Shown: positions 1-8,443, counted from the stretch's first letter. The stretch: 64,000 bases of DNA from a bacterium (GCA_965213625.1 CBDBZU010000004.1:2336001-2400000), one strand, 5' to 3'. Translations and numbers: made by a program. The notes: generated by a model from the letters alone, not told the origin.

Positions 1-184
1 TCCCCCGGCCCACCTGATAGGCCTCGTCGGCCTTAAAGCGGTGCAGCGCGAAGCGGTCCTCCTGCGAGTAGATGGCTATCGTCTCGATGCCGAGTTCGAC
101 CGAGGCGCGGAACACCCGGATGGCGATTTCGCTCCGGTTGGCTACCAGTATCCTGCGGAAATTGGTCTGCGGCTGGTTAATCAT
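1..184 (-). CDS. pyc: Pyruvate carboxylase, N-terminal part (runs off the window)
   Basis: Manual translation [56 protein letters not shown] is the typical Pyc N-terminus; purine-rich RBS upstream. Confidence 0.9.
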   Translation of the reverse strand, partial: MINQPQTNFRRILVANRSEIAIRVFRASVELGIETIAIYSQEDRFALHRFKADEAYQVGRG

Positions 185-424
185 AACGCTCCCTTGGCTA
201 TCTTGCGGAACTCTCGTCCGCCTGTGTTAGAGGTTATGTCGTCGATGCGTCTCATCATTCATCATATGGGCGCGGGCGCCCCAGATTCCAATGCCGGTCT
301 GCGTCGGTTCTTCCCGTCAATTTCGAGGAATCTGCAGATAACGAATTTTCGCATGTTGCCGCGTAATCGGCCAGAGCAATCGGCGCGATCCACACGGGAG
401 GACTTTCATAGGAGAGCGGCTTGC

Positions 425-790
425 TCAGTCCTGCTCCAGGAGGACGGCCAGCTTTTCGAGCACCTCGCCCACCACGCGCGGTGGCGCCTTGGATGCCAAG
501 CGAGCCTTTCGTGCCCGCCAGTCGAGGCTTTTCACCTGATCGGCGAGCACCACCCCCGATACGGGGCCATCGGGTGGGAGCGTCACCTCGAATGGATAGC
601 CCTTGACTCTGGAGGTGATGGGGCACAAGAGCGCCAGGCTGCTTTTCTCGTTGTAGCTTCGGGGGCTGACGACCAGCGCGGGGCGGCGGCCCGCCTGCTC
701 ATGCCCCGCCTGGGGGGTGAAGGAGAGCCAGACGACCTCGCCCCTGCCCGGAACGTAGTCCGCGCCGGAAGCTACCCGCCTCGCTACCAT
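425..790 (-). CDS. mazF: MazF/PemK family mRNA interferase toxin
   Basis: Motifs F-x-PQAGHEQAGRRPALVVSP, CPITS..KGYPFEV and LADQVKSLDWRAR; overlaps the upstream antitoxin gene. Confidence 0.95.
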   Translation of the reverse strand: MVARRVASGADYVPGRGEVVWLSFTPQAGHEQAGRRPALVVSPRSYNEKSSLALLCPITSRVKGYPFEVTLPPDGPVSGVVLADQVKSLDWRARKARLASKAPPRVVGEVLEKLAVLLEQD

Positions 791-1023
791 GCCTCGGCGC
801 CCTGCGCGGGTCCGGCATCTTGCTCGGTGTGTAGGTTATCGGGACTGATCTCGGATAGCATGTCAGCCAGCCGGTAGCCTCTTTTGCGCATCACCACCCG
901 GTCGCCGCGCGCGCTCATCTCGATGGCCGAACCCTCCCGGACGCCCCATTGCTCGGCGACGGGCTTCGGGATGCGGACGGCCAGGCTGTCTCCCCACTTT
1001 GCGATGTGCGATTTCGCACCCAT
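784..1023 (-). CDS. mazE: MazE/AbrB family antitoxin
   Basis: KWGDSLAVRIPK AbrB motif; GAGGAGG RBS; coupled to mazF. Confidence 0.93.
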   Translation of the reverse strand: MGAKSHIAKWGDSLAVRIPKPVAEQWGVREGSAIEMSARGDRVVMRKRGYRLADMLSEISPDNLHTEQDAGPAQGAEAW

Positions 1024-1039
1024 GCGGATTTCCTCCTCT

Positions 1040-1085
1040 CAAGATATCATATCTATAATATATATCTATTTAGAGATGGTGTCGA
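1040..1085 (-). promoter_or_regulatory. mazEF promoter with AT-rich putative autoregulatory operator
   Basis: Minus strand TCGACA (1085-1080), 17 nt, TATATT (1062-1057); repeated TAGATAT units overlap the -10. Confidence 0.6.
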
Positions 1086-1185
1086 GGGGAGGGGATTTCT
1101 TAATGCTCACACCAGGCATGTTTGCAATTACTCCCCCCTTGATAAGCATCGACGACCGATATAATAGGTTTACGTTTATGTACGG

Positions 1186-1207
1186 CATTCCGGCGCATGC
1201 CGGAATG
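1186..1207. repeat. Short palindrome (REP-like hairpin)
   Basis: CATTCCGGC-gcat-GCCGGAATG. Confidence 0.55.
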
Positions 1208-1229
1208 AAGGTGAAGAACCGCGTCCGCC

Positions 1230-1255
1230 GTAGGGACAGGCCCCTGTGCCTGTCC
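1230..1255 (+). repeat. GTAG-type REP, family B
   Basis: GTAGGGACAGGCccctgtGCCTGTCC; near-identical copy on the minus strand at 61885-61910. Confidence 0.8.
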
Positions 1256-1294
1256 TAGGTTCCCGTCATTGTTTCCTTACCGATTGGATTTGGT

Positions 1295-1366
1295 TGTAGG
1301 GGCCGCATATATGCGGCCCGTGGTGGGAAGGCGAAAAGGGAGGGTCGCATATATGCGACCCCTACA
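1295..1366. repeat. Inverted GTAG-REP doublet (REPIN-like), family A
   Basis: TGTAGGGGCCGCATATATGCGGCCC, 22-nt spacer, GGGTCGCATATATGCGACCCCTACA; the same unit occurs inverted at 52621-52693. Confidence 0.9.
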
Positions 1367-1467
1367 ATCGGTGTGGATTTTTAATTCCCCGCCTCGAGAA
1401 TGAACTCTGGTGTCGGTCGACCCCATCGGCTCGTGCTGAATTAACCGAATGTTTCGTCCATGCGGAA

Positions 1468-2181
1468 TCACACCGACTCCGGCATTTCGTCCCAAGTCCT
1501 GTCGTCCAGCGTTCGGCCTGTCTTTTTCTTGAACACGCCGCCCCATTGCTTAAAGAAAAAGGGCGTGCCGCTGTTCACGCAGTTGTCGCGAATCTCCCGC
1601 ACCCAGTCCGGCTCCATAAGCCTGGCGCCCGGCCCGGATTCACCGCCGACGATCACCCAGTCGACGCCCGTCAGGTCCAGGCCCGGCAAAGGGCCGAGCA
1701 GGGGTTCGAGAGAGAGAAACTTCGTCCGCGCGCCGGTCACCCTGAGCGGCGCCAGACGCCCGAGCCATTTTTCGGATTCGATGCTCGCGCCGAGCCAGAT
1801 GTTGGGCGACCAGTTCAACTTTCTGCTAAGTAGAGCGGCGCGGCCCGGCCGCTTGGTGAGCACCTGAAACGTGTGCCTACTCGCGCGGTTCATCACGTCG
1901 AAAACGGACTCGATGAAATCAGTCGGCACAGATTGATGAAACAGATCGGACATGGAATTGACGAAGACGAGGCGCGGTTTCTTCCACTTCAAAGGTTCAT
2001 CGAGCGAAGATTCGTGAGTGGCGAGGGAGAACCCGTTCTTGTACTTTTTCATTCCCATGGCCTGTAGCCGTTTCGACATCCTCTCGGCGTAGCAATGCTT
2101 GCATCCCGGACTGATCTTCGTGCAGCCGGTAACCGGGTTCCAGGTCATCTCGGTCCATTCGATTCTCGAAATCGTCGACAT
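1468..2181 (-). CDS. DUF5131 / phage Gp37Gp68 family radical-SAM-like protein
   Basis: [25 protein letters not shown] (Cx6Cx2C), [28 protein letters not shown]. Confidence 0.92.
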   Translation of the reverse strand: MSTISRIEWTEMTWNPVTGCTKISPGCKHCYAERMSKRLQAMGMKKYKNGFSLATHESSLDEPLKWKKPRLVFVNSMSDLFHQSVPTDFIESVFDVMNRASRHTFQVLTKRPGRAALLSRKLNWSPNIWLGASIESEKWLGRLAPLRVTGARTKFLSLEPLLGPLPGLDLTGVDWVIVGGESGPGARLMEPDWVREIRDNCVNSGTPFFFKQWGGVFKKKTGRTLDDRTWDEMPESV

Positions 2182-2183
2182 GG

Positions 2184-2240
2184 CTATATGTGCTCCAGGA
2201 TGTGTTCTGCAATAATCGTGGCAAGTGAAACTTTCCGCAT
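2184..2240 (-). pseudogene. Possible 3' remnant of a three-Cys-motif partner (TcmP-like) gene
   Basis: Frame ...[14 protein letters not shown] stops 2 nt before the DUF5131 ATG and resembles the IAxHIL C-terminus of TcmP-like proteins (from recollection). Confidence 0.3.
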
Positions 2241-2491
2241 TCGCCCACGCATCCTCACCCGATCTTGAATCGCCACCGCGCCGCGAGGCAGCACAGGAGC
2301 TTGTTTCGTTGATTTTATGAATACTAGGCGAAAAAATTATCTTGATGTTTGATTTCTGTTGAGTATGATGCTTGCTCTTGTTTCTCGAAAATCAAATCCC
2401 GCCCGCTTTTCTGAAACCAATTGACCCACAGACTCCAACATACAAGTTGTTGTTTGAAACTGTATCTTCTCTCAGAGGATTGAAAAAGAAT

Positions 2492-3961
2492 ATGGCAATC
2501 TATTTTTCTGAACACTTTGAGGTAGACCGAGAATATCTGAATGACTATGGAGCATTTGACATTTCTTTGGCGTCAGACCTCCCTTTGTTTATTGATCCAT
2601 TTTTACTGTTTAACAGTAAAAAAGAGAAATATCGAAATCTCCATGAGGAGATTATTAAATATTTGCGTTTTCTTCGGGACAAAGTAAAAGGCGGTCAGAC
2701 GCCTCCTGTACTCTTGCAGAGCTGGTGTAAGTTTCCTGAAGTAAAACAGACCTGGTTAGGATTTGCTATAACCGGGAATGATGGAAGAGGCCTAGGAAAT
2801 AAATTCGCAATAGCGCTTCACGATAGCTTAGATAAAATATTTAGTGATTTTGGTGAAGAACAACTCACACGAGGTAGCCATTTAGAGAAGCTGTGTCTAA
2901 TTCGTAATGGTGTCGGGCGTGATTGCATAAGTGATTTCACTACGAACCTGATCAAGGGTTTTCTTTGTGCTTTCACCCAAGAGTTTGCCCGAGAGCATAT
3001 TTCAGAAGGAAAAAGAAACGTAAGAAATGTTAGCCACGTTAGATTTAATTTTAAAACCGAAATTTGGGAATCATCGGAATTTGACCTCCCTTGGGTTAAT
3101 GGTGATTTTGCATTGTTGACACCAAAAGAACTTCTTACGAGGGATGATACATGGATAAATAAGACGGATCTTGTGAGTGATTTTGAGCGCCTTCCAGAGG
3201 CTCTTCCAAACGAACAATTGCGTTTTCAGGTCAATAATTATTTCTTAAAACAACTTAATCTCCAAGATGATAAAGAACCAGCTAGGGAAGAACGCGAATC
3301 GGCCGCCAAAAGTACGATATTGCAATTCCCCCAGCTAATTGATGCATATATTAAACATAAGGAAGACAGGGGAGAAGAGGCTGAAAACATTAGTAGTGCT
3401 AAGGTCAAATTTTCAGAACTTATTTTTAACGAACGAATTAAGCTGCTTCGATCAATACTGAAGAAGGAAACGGAGTTTTATGAGTTAAACAGAGGCACAT
3501 TTGAAGAGGCGCACAAGAGAGTCACCTACCTAAAAGACTGCATAGAAAACAAAGGGGGATTTAAGTTATTTTACAATGATGGTCAACCAATCAAGAAAGA
3601 AAAAGACCTCCAAATTATGTATAGACTTTGTTGGTATGACACTTCTTATGACGTGAGTCGTGAAGTAAACGATGGTAGAGGTCCAGCGGATTTCAAGATA
3701 TCAATGGGTCAAACTGATAAAACGATAGTGGAATTTAAGTTAGCAAGTAATAGTCATTTAAAGCGAAATTTACAGAATCAGGCTGAAATTTATCAAAAAG
3801 CGAGTGATGCAAAGAACGCCATTAAAGTAATAGTTTATTTTACTGAGAGTGAACTGAAAAAAGTGGATAAAATAATGAATGATTTAAATCTTTCGAACGA
3901 ACAAGATGTCATTCTTATAGACGCACGAATGGATAATAAGCCATCAGCTTCTAAAGCCTAG
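2492..3961 (+). CDS. AT-rich hypothetical protein with C-terminal PD-(D/E)xK nuclease-like domain
   Basis: 489-aa ORF from ATG 2492; C-terminal EKDLQ...REVNDGRGPADFKIS...IVEFKLASN...QAEIY (D...ExK plus QxxxY); much more AT-rich than the flanks. Confidence 0.7.
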   Translation: MAIYFSEHFEVDREYLNDYGAFDISLASDLPLFIDPFLLFNSKKEKYRNLHEEIIKYLRFLRDKVKGGQTPPVLLQSWCKFPEVKQTWLGFAITGNDGRGLGNKFAIALHDSLDKIFSDFGEEQLTRGSHLEKLCLIRNGVGRDCISDFTTNLIKGFLCAFTQEFAREHISEGKRNVRNVSHVRFNFKTEIWESSEFDLPWVNGDFALLTPKELLTRDDTWINKTDLVSDFERLPEALPNEQLRFQVNNYFLKQLNLQDDKEPAREERESAAKSTILQFPQLIDAYIKHKEDRGEEAENISSAKVKFSELIFNERIKLLRSILKKETEFYELNRGTFEEAHKRVTYLKDCIENKGGFKLFYNDGQPIKKEKDLQIMYRLCWYDTSYDVSREVNDGRGPADFKISMGQTDKTIVEFKLASNSHLKRNLQNQAEIYQKASDAKNAIKVIVYFTESELKKVDKIMNDLNLSNEQDVILIDARMDNKPSASKA

Positions 3962-4052
3962 AGATAGTTTCTAATTTTTGATTTACCGAAAATGGGAGCT
4001 TGAAGTTTGGCAAGGTATTTCCACACTCAACAGTCTTAATTTCTTCAAGTAA

Positions 4053-4124
4053 TAGGTCTTTCCCTCGACTACCAGCTCTTTTCACGTCGCGCTTGAATTG
4101 CGACTAACGAACGGGGGTCAGCAC
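4053..4124 (-). pseudogene. yafQ: YafQ toxin remnant (premature stop, truncated)
   Basis: GTG directly after the antitoxin stop; MLTPVR*SQFKRDVKRAGSRGKDL is a YafQ N-terminus with TAG at 4106-4104; similarity ends at the AT-rich segment. Confidence 0.8.
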
Positions 4125-4382
4125 CTACAAACCCATCTCCTCGAACAACTCCCCGGCGCTCTCGAAGCGCTCCCCCTTGCCCTCATCCAGTTCTTCCATC
4201 GCCTTGCGGGTGGCGGGGTTCGGCGCGCGGACGACGAAGGGCAGCCTCCGCTCCTCCGCCACGCGCATCATGAGCAGGCGAATCGCATCCGAAACCGAAA
4301 GGCCCATGGCGTTCAGCGCCTCGGTGGCGCGGGCCTTTGTCTCGCTGTCGATTCGGGCGCGTACGACCGTATCTGTCGGCAT
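4125..4382 (-). CDS. dinJ: RelB/DinJ family antitoxin
   Basis: VVRARID..K..A...L..MGLSVSDAIRLLM.RVA.ERRLPF...PN..T..A motif; GAGGAGG RBS. Confidence 0.88.
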   Translation of the reverse strand: MPTDTVVRARIDSETKARATEALNAMGLSVSDAIRLLMMRVAEERRLPFVVRAPNPATRKAMEELDEGKGERFESAGELFEEMGL

Positions 4383-4399
4383 GTGGCGTCCTCCTCTTG

Positions 4400-4421
4400 T
4401 GTAGCCTCATTGTAGCTACAA
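4400..4421. promoter_or_regulatory. Putative DinJ autoregulatory operator
   Basis: TGTAGCCTCATTGTAGCTACAA with perfect palindrome TTGTAGCTACAA (4410-4421) just upstream of the antitoxin RBS. Confidence 0.6.
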
Positions 4422-4556
4422 CACCTCGTGCTCCCTGTCAAGCCCGCTTTTCGTGTGGTTTTAGTATGAATCCCTCCCCCCGTTTGGCATGAGCGCGGAA
4501 CCTTGGTCTAATGGGCGCGGTTTTTTTCGTTGAGCGCCTTACCCGAAGGAGGCAGC

Positions 4557-5960
4557 ATGGCGGCATATGACGTGGCGGTTATCGGCGGGGGACCTGCGGG
4601 CTATGTGGCGGGCGTGCGTGTGGCCCAGAGCGGGGGAAGCTGCGTGGTCATCGAACGAGACGAGCTGGGCGGCACCTGCCTGAACTGGGGCTGCATCCCG
4701 AGCAAGAGCCTGATCGCCGCCGCGGAAGTTTTGAGGAACATCAGGAACGCGGACGCCTACGGCATCGAGGTCACGGGCGAGGTGCGCGCCGATCTCGCTG
4801 CCATGGTCGAGCGCAAGGACAAGATAGTCGCAGGCCTGGTAAAGGGAATCGGCGGGCTGTTCAAGGCCCACGGGGTGGATCACATGGCGGGTGACGCCGA
4901 GATACTGGAGATGGGTAAAATCTCGGTGCGCGGAAAAGAAGGGGAACACGAGATAGTCGAGGCCGATAAGATCATCATCTGCACCGGTTCCCGGCCTGCG
5001 CAGATTTCCGCCTTTCCCATCGACGGTAATAAAATCATCTCCTCCGAACAGGCGGTGCATCTCAAAACTTTGCCCAAGAGGGTGCTCATCGTCGGCGCGG
5101 GCGTCATCGGCTGTGAGTTTGCGTGTCTGTATAGAGAACTGGGCGCCGAAGTCGTCATGGTGGAGTTGCTCGACCGCGTCCTGCCGCTGGGGGACGAGGA
5201 CGTCTCGAAACTCATGGCGCGCGAATTAAGAAAACAGAAGATTAAGGTGCGCCTGAATGAGAAGTTAACGGGCGTCTCGCGCAAGGGCAGGGCGATGGTC
5301 GCCGAATTCGAGGGTTCGGATGAGGAGGAACGCGCCGACCTCGTACTCGTCTCCGTGGGCCGGACGATGAACACCGACGGGCTGGGGCTCGAGCGAATCG
5401 GGGTGGAGCTCGGTCCGCGCGGCGAAATCAGGGTGAACGATATGATGGAGACGAACGTCGCGGGCGTTTATGCGGCGGGGGACGTGGTGGGCGAGCCCAT
5501 GCTCGCGCACGTGGCCTCGGCGGAAGGAGTCGCCGCTGCGGAAAACGCCATGGGCGCGGAGATTCGCATGGATTACCGGGCGATTCCGGCGGGTATCTTC
5601 ACGCATCCCGAGATCGGCGTCGTCGGCATGGCCGAGCACGAGGCGGAGAAGGCCGGTCACGCAGTGCGCGTGGGCAAGTTCTCGGTGCGCTCTCTGGGCA
5701 AGGCGCAGGCCGAACGCGCGCTGGAGGGCGAGGTGAAGGTCATCGCCGACGCGGGAGATGACGCCATTTTGGGCGTTCACATCGTAGGCGCCCACGCCGC
5801 TGACATCGTGCACGAGGCCGCCGTCGCCATGCAGCACCGCGTCACCGCCTCGGACCTGGCCGGCACCATCCACTCCCACCCCACGCTCTCGGAAGCCGTG
5901 ATGGAAGCGGCATTGGACGTCCACGGCGAAGCCATCCACGCGCCGCCGAAGAGACAGTAG
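4557..5960 (+). CDS. lpdA: Dihydrolipoyl dehydrogenase
   Basis: GGGPAG FAD motif, GGTCLNWGCIPSK redox disulfide, C-terminal HSHPTLSE. Confidence 0.95.
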   Translation: MAAYDVAVIGGGPAGYVAGVRVAQSGGSCVVIERDELGGTCLNWGCIPSKSLIAAAEVLRNIRNADAYGIEVTGEVRADLAAMVERKDKIVAGLVKGIGGLFKAHGVDHMAGDAEILEMGKISVRGKEGEHEIVEADKIIICTGSRPAQISAFPIDGNKIISSEQAVHLKTLPKRVLIVGAGVIGCEFACLYRELGAEVVMVELLDRVLPLGDEDVSKLMARELRKQKIKVRLNEKLTGVSRKGRAMVAEFEGSDEEERADLVLVSVGRTMNTDGLGLERIGVELGPRGEIRVNDMMETNVAGVYAAGDVVGEPMLAHVASAEGVAAAENAMGAEIRMDYRAIPAGIFTHPEIGVVGMAEHEAEKAGHAVRVGKFSVRSLGKAQAERALEGEVKVIADAGDDAILGVHIVGAHAADIVHEAAVAMQHRVTASDLAGTIHSHPTLSEAVMEAALDVHGEAIHAPPKRQ

Positions 5961-6067
5961 GCTTGCGCTCTGCGGGCTCGATTCTGGCTTTCTCTGGATT
6001 GTTGAATAAAGCCTTAATTTCTTGATTCGGCGTATAGGGCCGACTGGGGAGGGAGGGTTGTGGTTTT

Positions 6068-6092
6068 TGTAGGTCGGACATATATGTCTGAC
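6068..6092 (+). repeat. GTAG-REP variant of family A
   Basis: TGTAG-GTCGGACA-TATA-TGTCTGAC; same architecture with a different but still pairing stem. Confidence 0.7.
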
Positions 6093-6124
6093 ATACATGC
6101 GTACATGGACGCCCCCCTGGAATG

Positions 6125-6378
6125 CAAGCGGTTTTTTGGGAGGGTTCGGCGCAAAGCGGTTCGACTCAGTCGTACATTCGGCCTCTTCGTTGCGGCGCTT
6201 CGTAACGGCCGCGGGCCCGTATGGAGATGCGCGGGTCGGGTCCGAATCGGCCCGGCGAGCTCGATGGTTCGCTCGTCGCATGTAACTGGTTGCCCCGACC
6301 CCGTCTCGATGACCGTTTGCCCTTACTCCTCCTGTGGCCTGCCCACATTCCTCCCGGCTCTATCCGCGCGCCCGCCGC
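6125..6378 (-). ncRNA. Putative bridge RNA / seekRNA of the IS1111 element (ends approximate)
   Basis: Stem GGGTCGGG (6233-6240)/CCCGACCC (6294-6301) and cap stem GCGAGC/GCTCGT (6255-6276) enclose an internal loop whose two sides match the left and right target flanks; 6170-6177 matches the predicted circle junction. Confidence 0.72.
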
Positions 6379-7059
6379 TCAGGCGAGGGGCGCCGGTTCC
6401 CTGTAGTCGTCCTTGTTCCGCATCAGCGCCCACGCGATGCGCGCCATTTTGTTGGCCAGCGCCACCGCGACGAGCATCCTCGGCTTGCGCGCCAGCATCC
6501 GGGCCAGCCACGAACCCGGCGGCGCGCCGCGCCGGAGCGCCTGGCGAATCACCGACATCGCGCCCGTGACCAACAGCCGCCTCACGTCGCGCTGGCCCAT
6601 CTTCGATACCCGGCCCAGGCGGGGCTTGCCCCCCGTCGAGTGTTGCCGGGGCACCAGTCCCAGCCAGGCCGAGAAGTCCCGGCCCCGCCGGAAGTTCTCC
6701 ATCGGCGGCGCGAAGGCACGGATCGCAGACGCCGTAACCGGACCCACCCCCGGGATACGCATCAGACGCCGCGCCTCCGCGTCCGCCGCGTCGTTCTTGT
6801 GGCGCTTCACGTACGGCTTCACGTAGGCCGGCGGCGCGAGCCGAACCTCGTGGCCGAGCTTCGCAATCTCACGGCCCCAGCGGTGCGCCCCCGCGCACGC
6901 CTCCATCGCCACCACGCAGCGCGGCTGTTTGGCCAGGAAGTTCAGCAGACCCGCCCGACCGAGCTTCTTGCGGAACGCTACCGAACCGTCCGCGCGCGCC
7001 CCGTGGAGTTGAAAACTGTTTTTCGCCAAGTCGATGCCGATGATGTAGACTCCTTCCAT
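6379..7059 (-). pseudogene. IS110-family transposase with in-frame internal deletion (226 aa)
   Basis: IGIDLAK, AMEAC, KNDAADA (DEDD) fused directly to ARRLMRIPGVGP...WLGLVPRQHSTGG; the central coiled-coil region is missing. Confidence 0.85.
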
Positions 7060-7158
7060 GGATGCCTCCTTCCGGGCGGTGTGTGACGTTGCCTCGCCAC
7101 ATTCTAAACTGCCGGAAGGGGGCGTCCACCCCATCGGCCCGACCGGTTCGTGGCTTGC

Positions 7159-7183
7159 GGGTCGCATTTATGCGACCCCTACA
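7159..7183 (-). repeat. GTAG-REP, family A
   Basis: GGGTCGCATTTATGCGACCCCTACA, 1 mismatch to 1342-1366. Confidence 0.85.
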
Positions 7184-7284
7184 CCCCGAATAAGGAATGA
7201 CGGCAGTGGTCAATTCTGGGCGAAGAGGATTTTTCCAACAGCCCCCACAAGGCTCTCGAAACAGCCTTGCGGATTCCGTAATGC

Positions 7285-8265
7285 TTAATACGGCACGTCG
7301 ATGAGCATACCCTCACCCGATCGCATGTCTTCTTCCAGAAGCTCGCGCATCGCTTTCGTCACCGGGCCGGGCTTTCCGTCCCCGATGATTTGGTCATCCC
7401 ACTGCACCACGGGGGCGACGTATATCGAGCTTCCGATGAGCATCATCTCCGCGGACGCCTTGGCCTCGGCCACGGGAATGTCGTCCACCACCACGTCGGC
7501 GATGACCTCTTGCTCCACGAGGCGGCTTGCGAGTTCGAGCAGGCGCTTCACCGTGCAGCCCGAGAGGATGTTCTCGAATTTCGGGTGCCGCAGCACGCGC
7601 TCGTTCGTCACGAAGGCGCAGTTCATGTTCGAGCCCTCGCCCACGTTCCCGGCCTCATCCACGAAAATCCCGTTGTCCAAGCCCTGTTCTTTCGCCTCCA
7701 TCTGCATCAGCGTGTTGGGCAGGTAGTTCGTGCTCTTGGTGACGGCGTAGAGCGGCGGCTTGATGGGGTAGGTCGTCGTCATCACCCGCATTCCCTCGGC
7801 GTAGTAGCGCTCGGGATAATCCAGGCCGCCAAAGATCATCACGAAAAATGCAGGCTTGGCGTCGCCTGCAGGGATGAGCCCCAGGTTGCCTGTCCCGGAA
7901 GATGCCCAGTAGCGGATTGAACCCTCGCGGCGGCCCGAGAGCGCGCTCGTGCGGATGACGATATCGCGCATCTCCTCGCGGCTCGGCAGTTCGAGTTTCG
8001 ATGCCTCCGCTGAGCGGATGAAGCGGTCCAGATGGTTTTCCAGGTCGTAGATCTTCCCCTCGATGATGGCCGCCGTGTCGAAGATGCCGTGTCCCCGGTG
8101 CACCATGTGGTCGTCGAAGGGGATGACCATCAGGTCGGGGTCCGTCACCACGCCGCCCAGGTGGCTCGAATAAAACGCCGAATAATCGACCTCCTGCGTC
8201 TCGCGCAGGTTCTTGAGACTATCGAGGACGTCCTCTCTCGTGAGGACGCCGATGTTTTCCGCCAT
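7285..8265 (-). CDS. Class IV PLP aminotransferase (D-amino-acid transaminase / ADC lyase-like)
   Basis: PFDDHMVHRGHGIFDT, HLDRF, KSTNYLPN, EGSNMN, ILSGCT; AAGGAG RBS before ATG 8265. Confidence 0.88.
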   Translation of the reverse strand: MAENIGVLTREDVLDSLKNLRETQEVDYSAFYSSHLGGVVTDPDLMVIPFDDHMVHRGHGIFDTAAIIEGKIYDLENHLDRFIRSAEASKLELPSREEMRDIVIRTSALSGRREGSIRYWASSGTGNLGLIPAGDAKPAFFVMIFGGLDYPERYYAEGMRVMTTTYPIKPPLYAVTKSTNYLPNTLMQMEAKEQGLDNGIFVDEAGNVGEGSNMNCAFVTNERVLRHPKFENILSGCTVKRLLELASRLVEQEVIADVVVDDIPVAEAKASAEMMLIGSSIYVAPVVQWDDQIIGDGKPGPVTKAMRELLEEDMRSGEGMLIDVPY

Positions 8266-8443
8266 GGCCTTCTCCTTGTGCGTCGAATCGAATCCCTGAA
8301 ATTTCAGGGAAGCATACCGGTGGATGAAACCGCATTTTTTCGATTTCTGCCGCATGATGCCGCTTGGGTGATTTTCGGGCAAGGGCCTGCTACATTATCG
8401 CCCGGATGGCTTGGGTCTATGAAGTGAACCGGAGGCATGGTCG

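Larger units (their letters stand above)
6100..7136 (-). mobile_element. IS110 family, IS1111-group insertion sequence (internally deleted)
   Basis: Sub-terminal 11-bp IRs TGGACGCCCCC (6106-6116) and GGGGGCGTCCA (7118-7128); CG dinucleotide at both junctions (6100-6101, 7135-7136); DEDD transposase; long downstream non-coding end. Confidence 0.9.
5995..7245. mobile_element. Degenerate TIR-bounded MITE-like shell holding a REP pair and the IS1111 insertion
   Basis: TGGATTGTTGAATAAAG at 5995 and GATTTTTCCAACAGCCCC ending at 7245 resemble the TIRs of 52569-52791; no TSD seen. Confidence 0.5.

Noticed and set aside
41-877. 278-aa plus-strand ORF and the many other long antisense or alternate-frame ORFs in the track
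   Set aside because: They overlap well-supported genes (here pyc, mazF, mazE), have no recognisable motifs, and are expected shadows in GC-rich DNA
1230-1366. CRISPR or mini-array reading of the palindromic repeats
   Set aside because: The repeats are inverted pairs with homologous spacers dispersed across the window, and no cas genes are present
1468-2181. Prophage, suggested by the family name phage Gp37/Gp68
   Set aside because: No structural, packaging, lysis or integrase genes nearby; the family is common in non-phage islands
4468-4482. GAATCCCTCCCCCCG resembling the tRNA-Met 3' end (42648-42661) as an att site
   Set aside because: Short, low-complexity, contains an indel, has no integrase nearby, and 38 kb of largely housekeeping genes lie between the two
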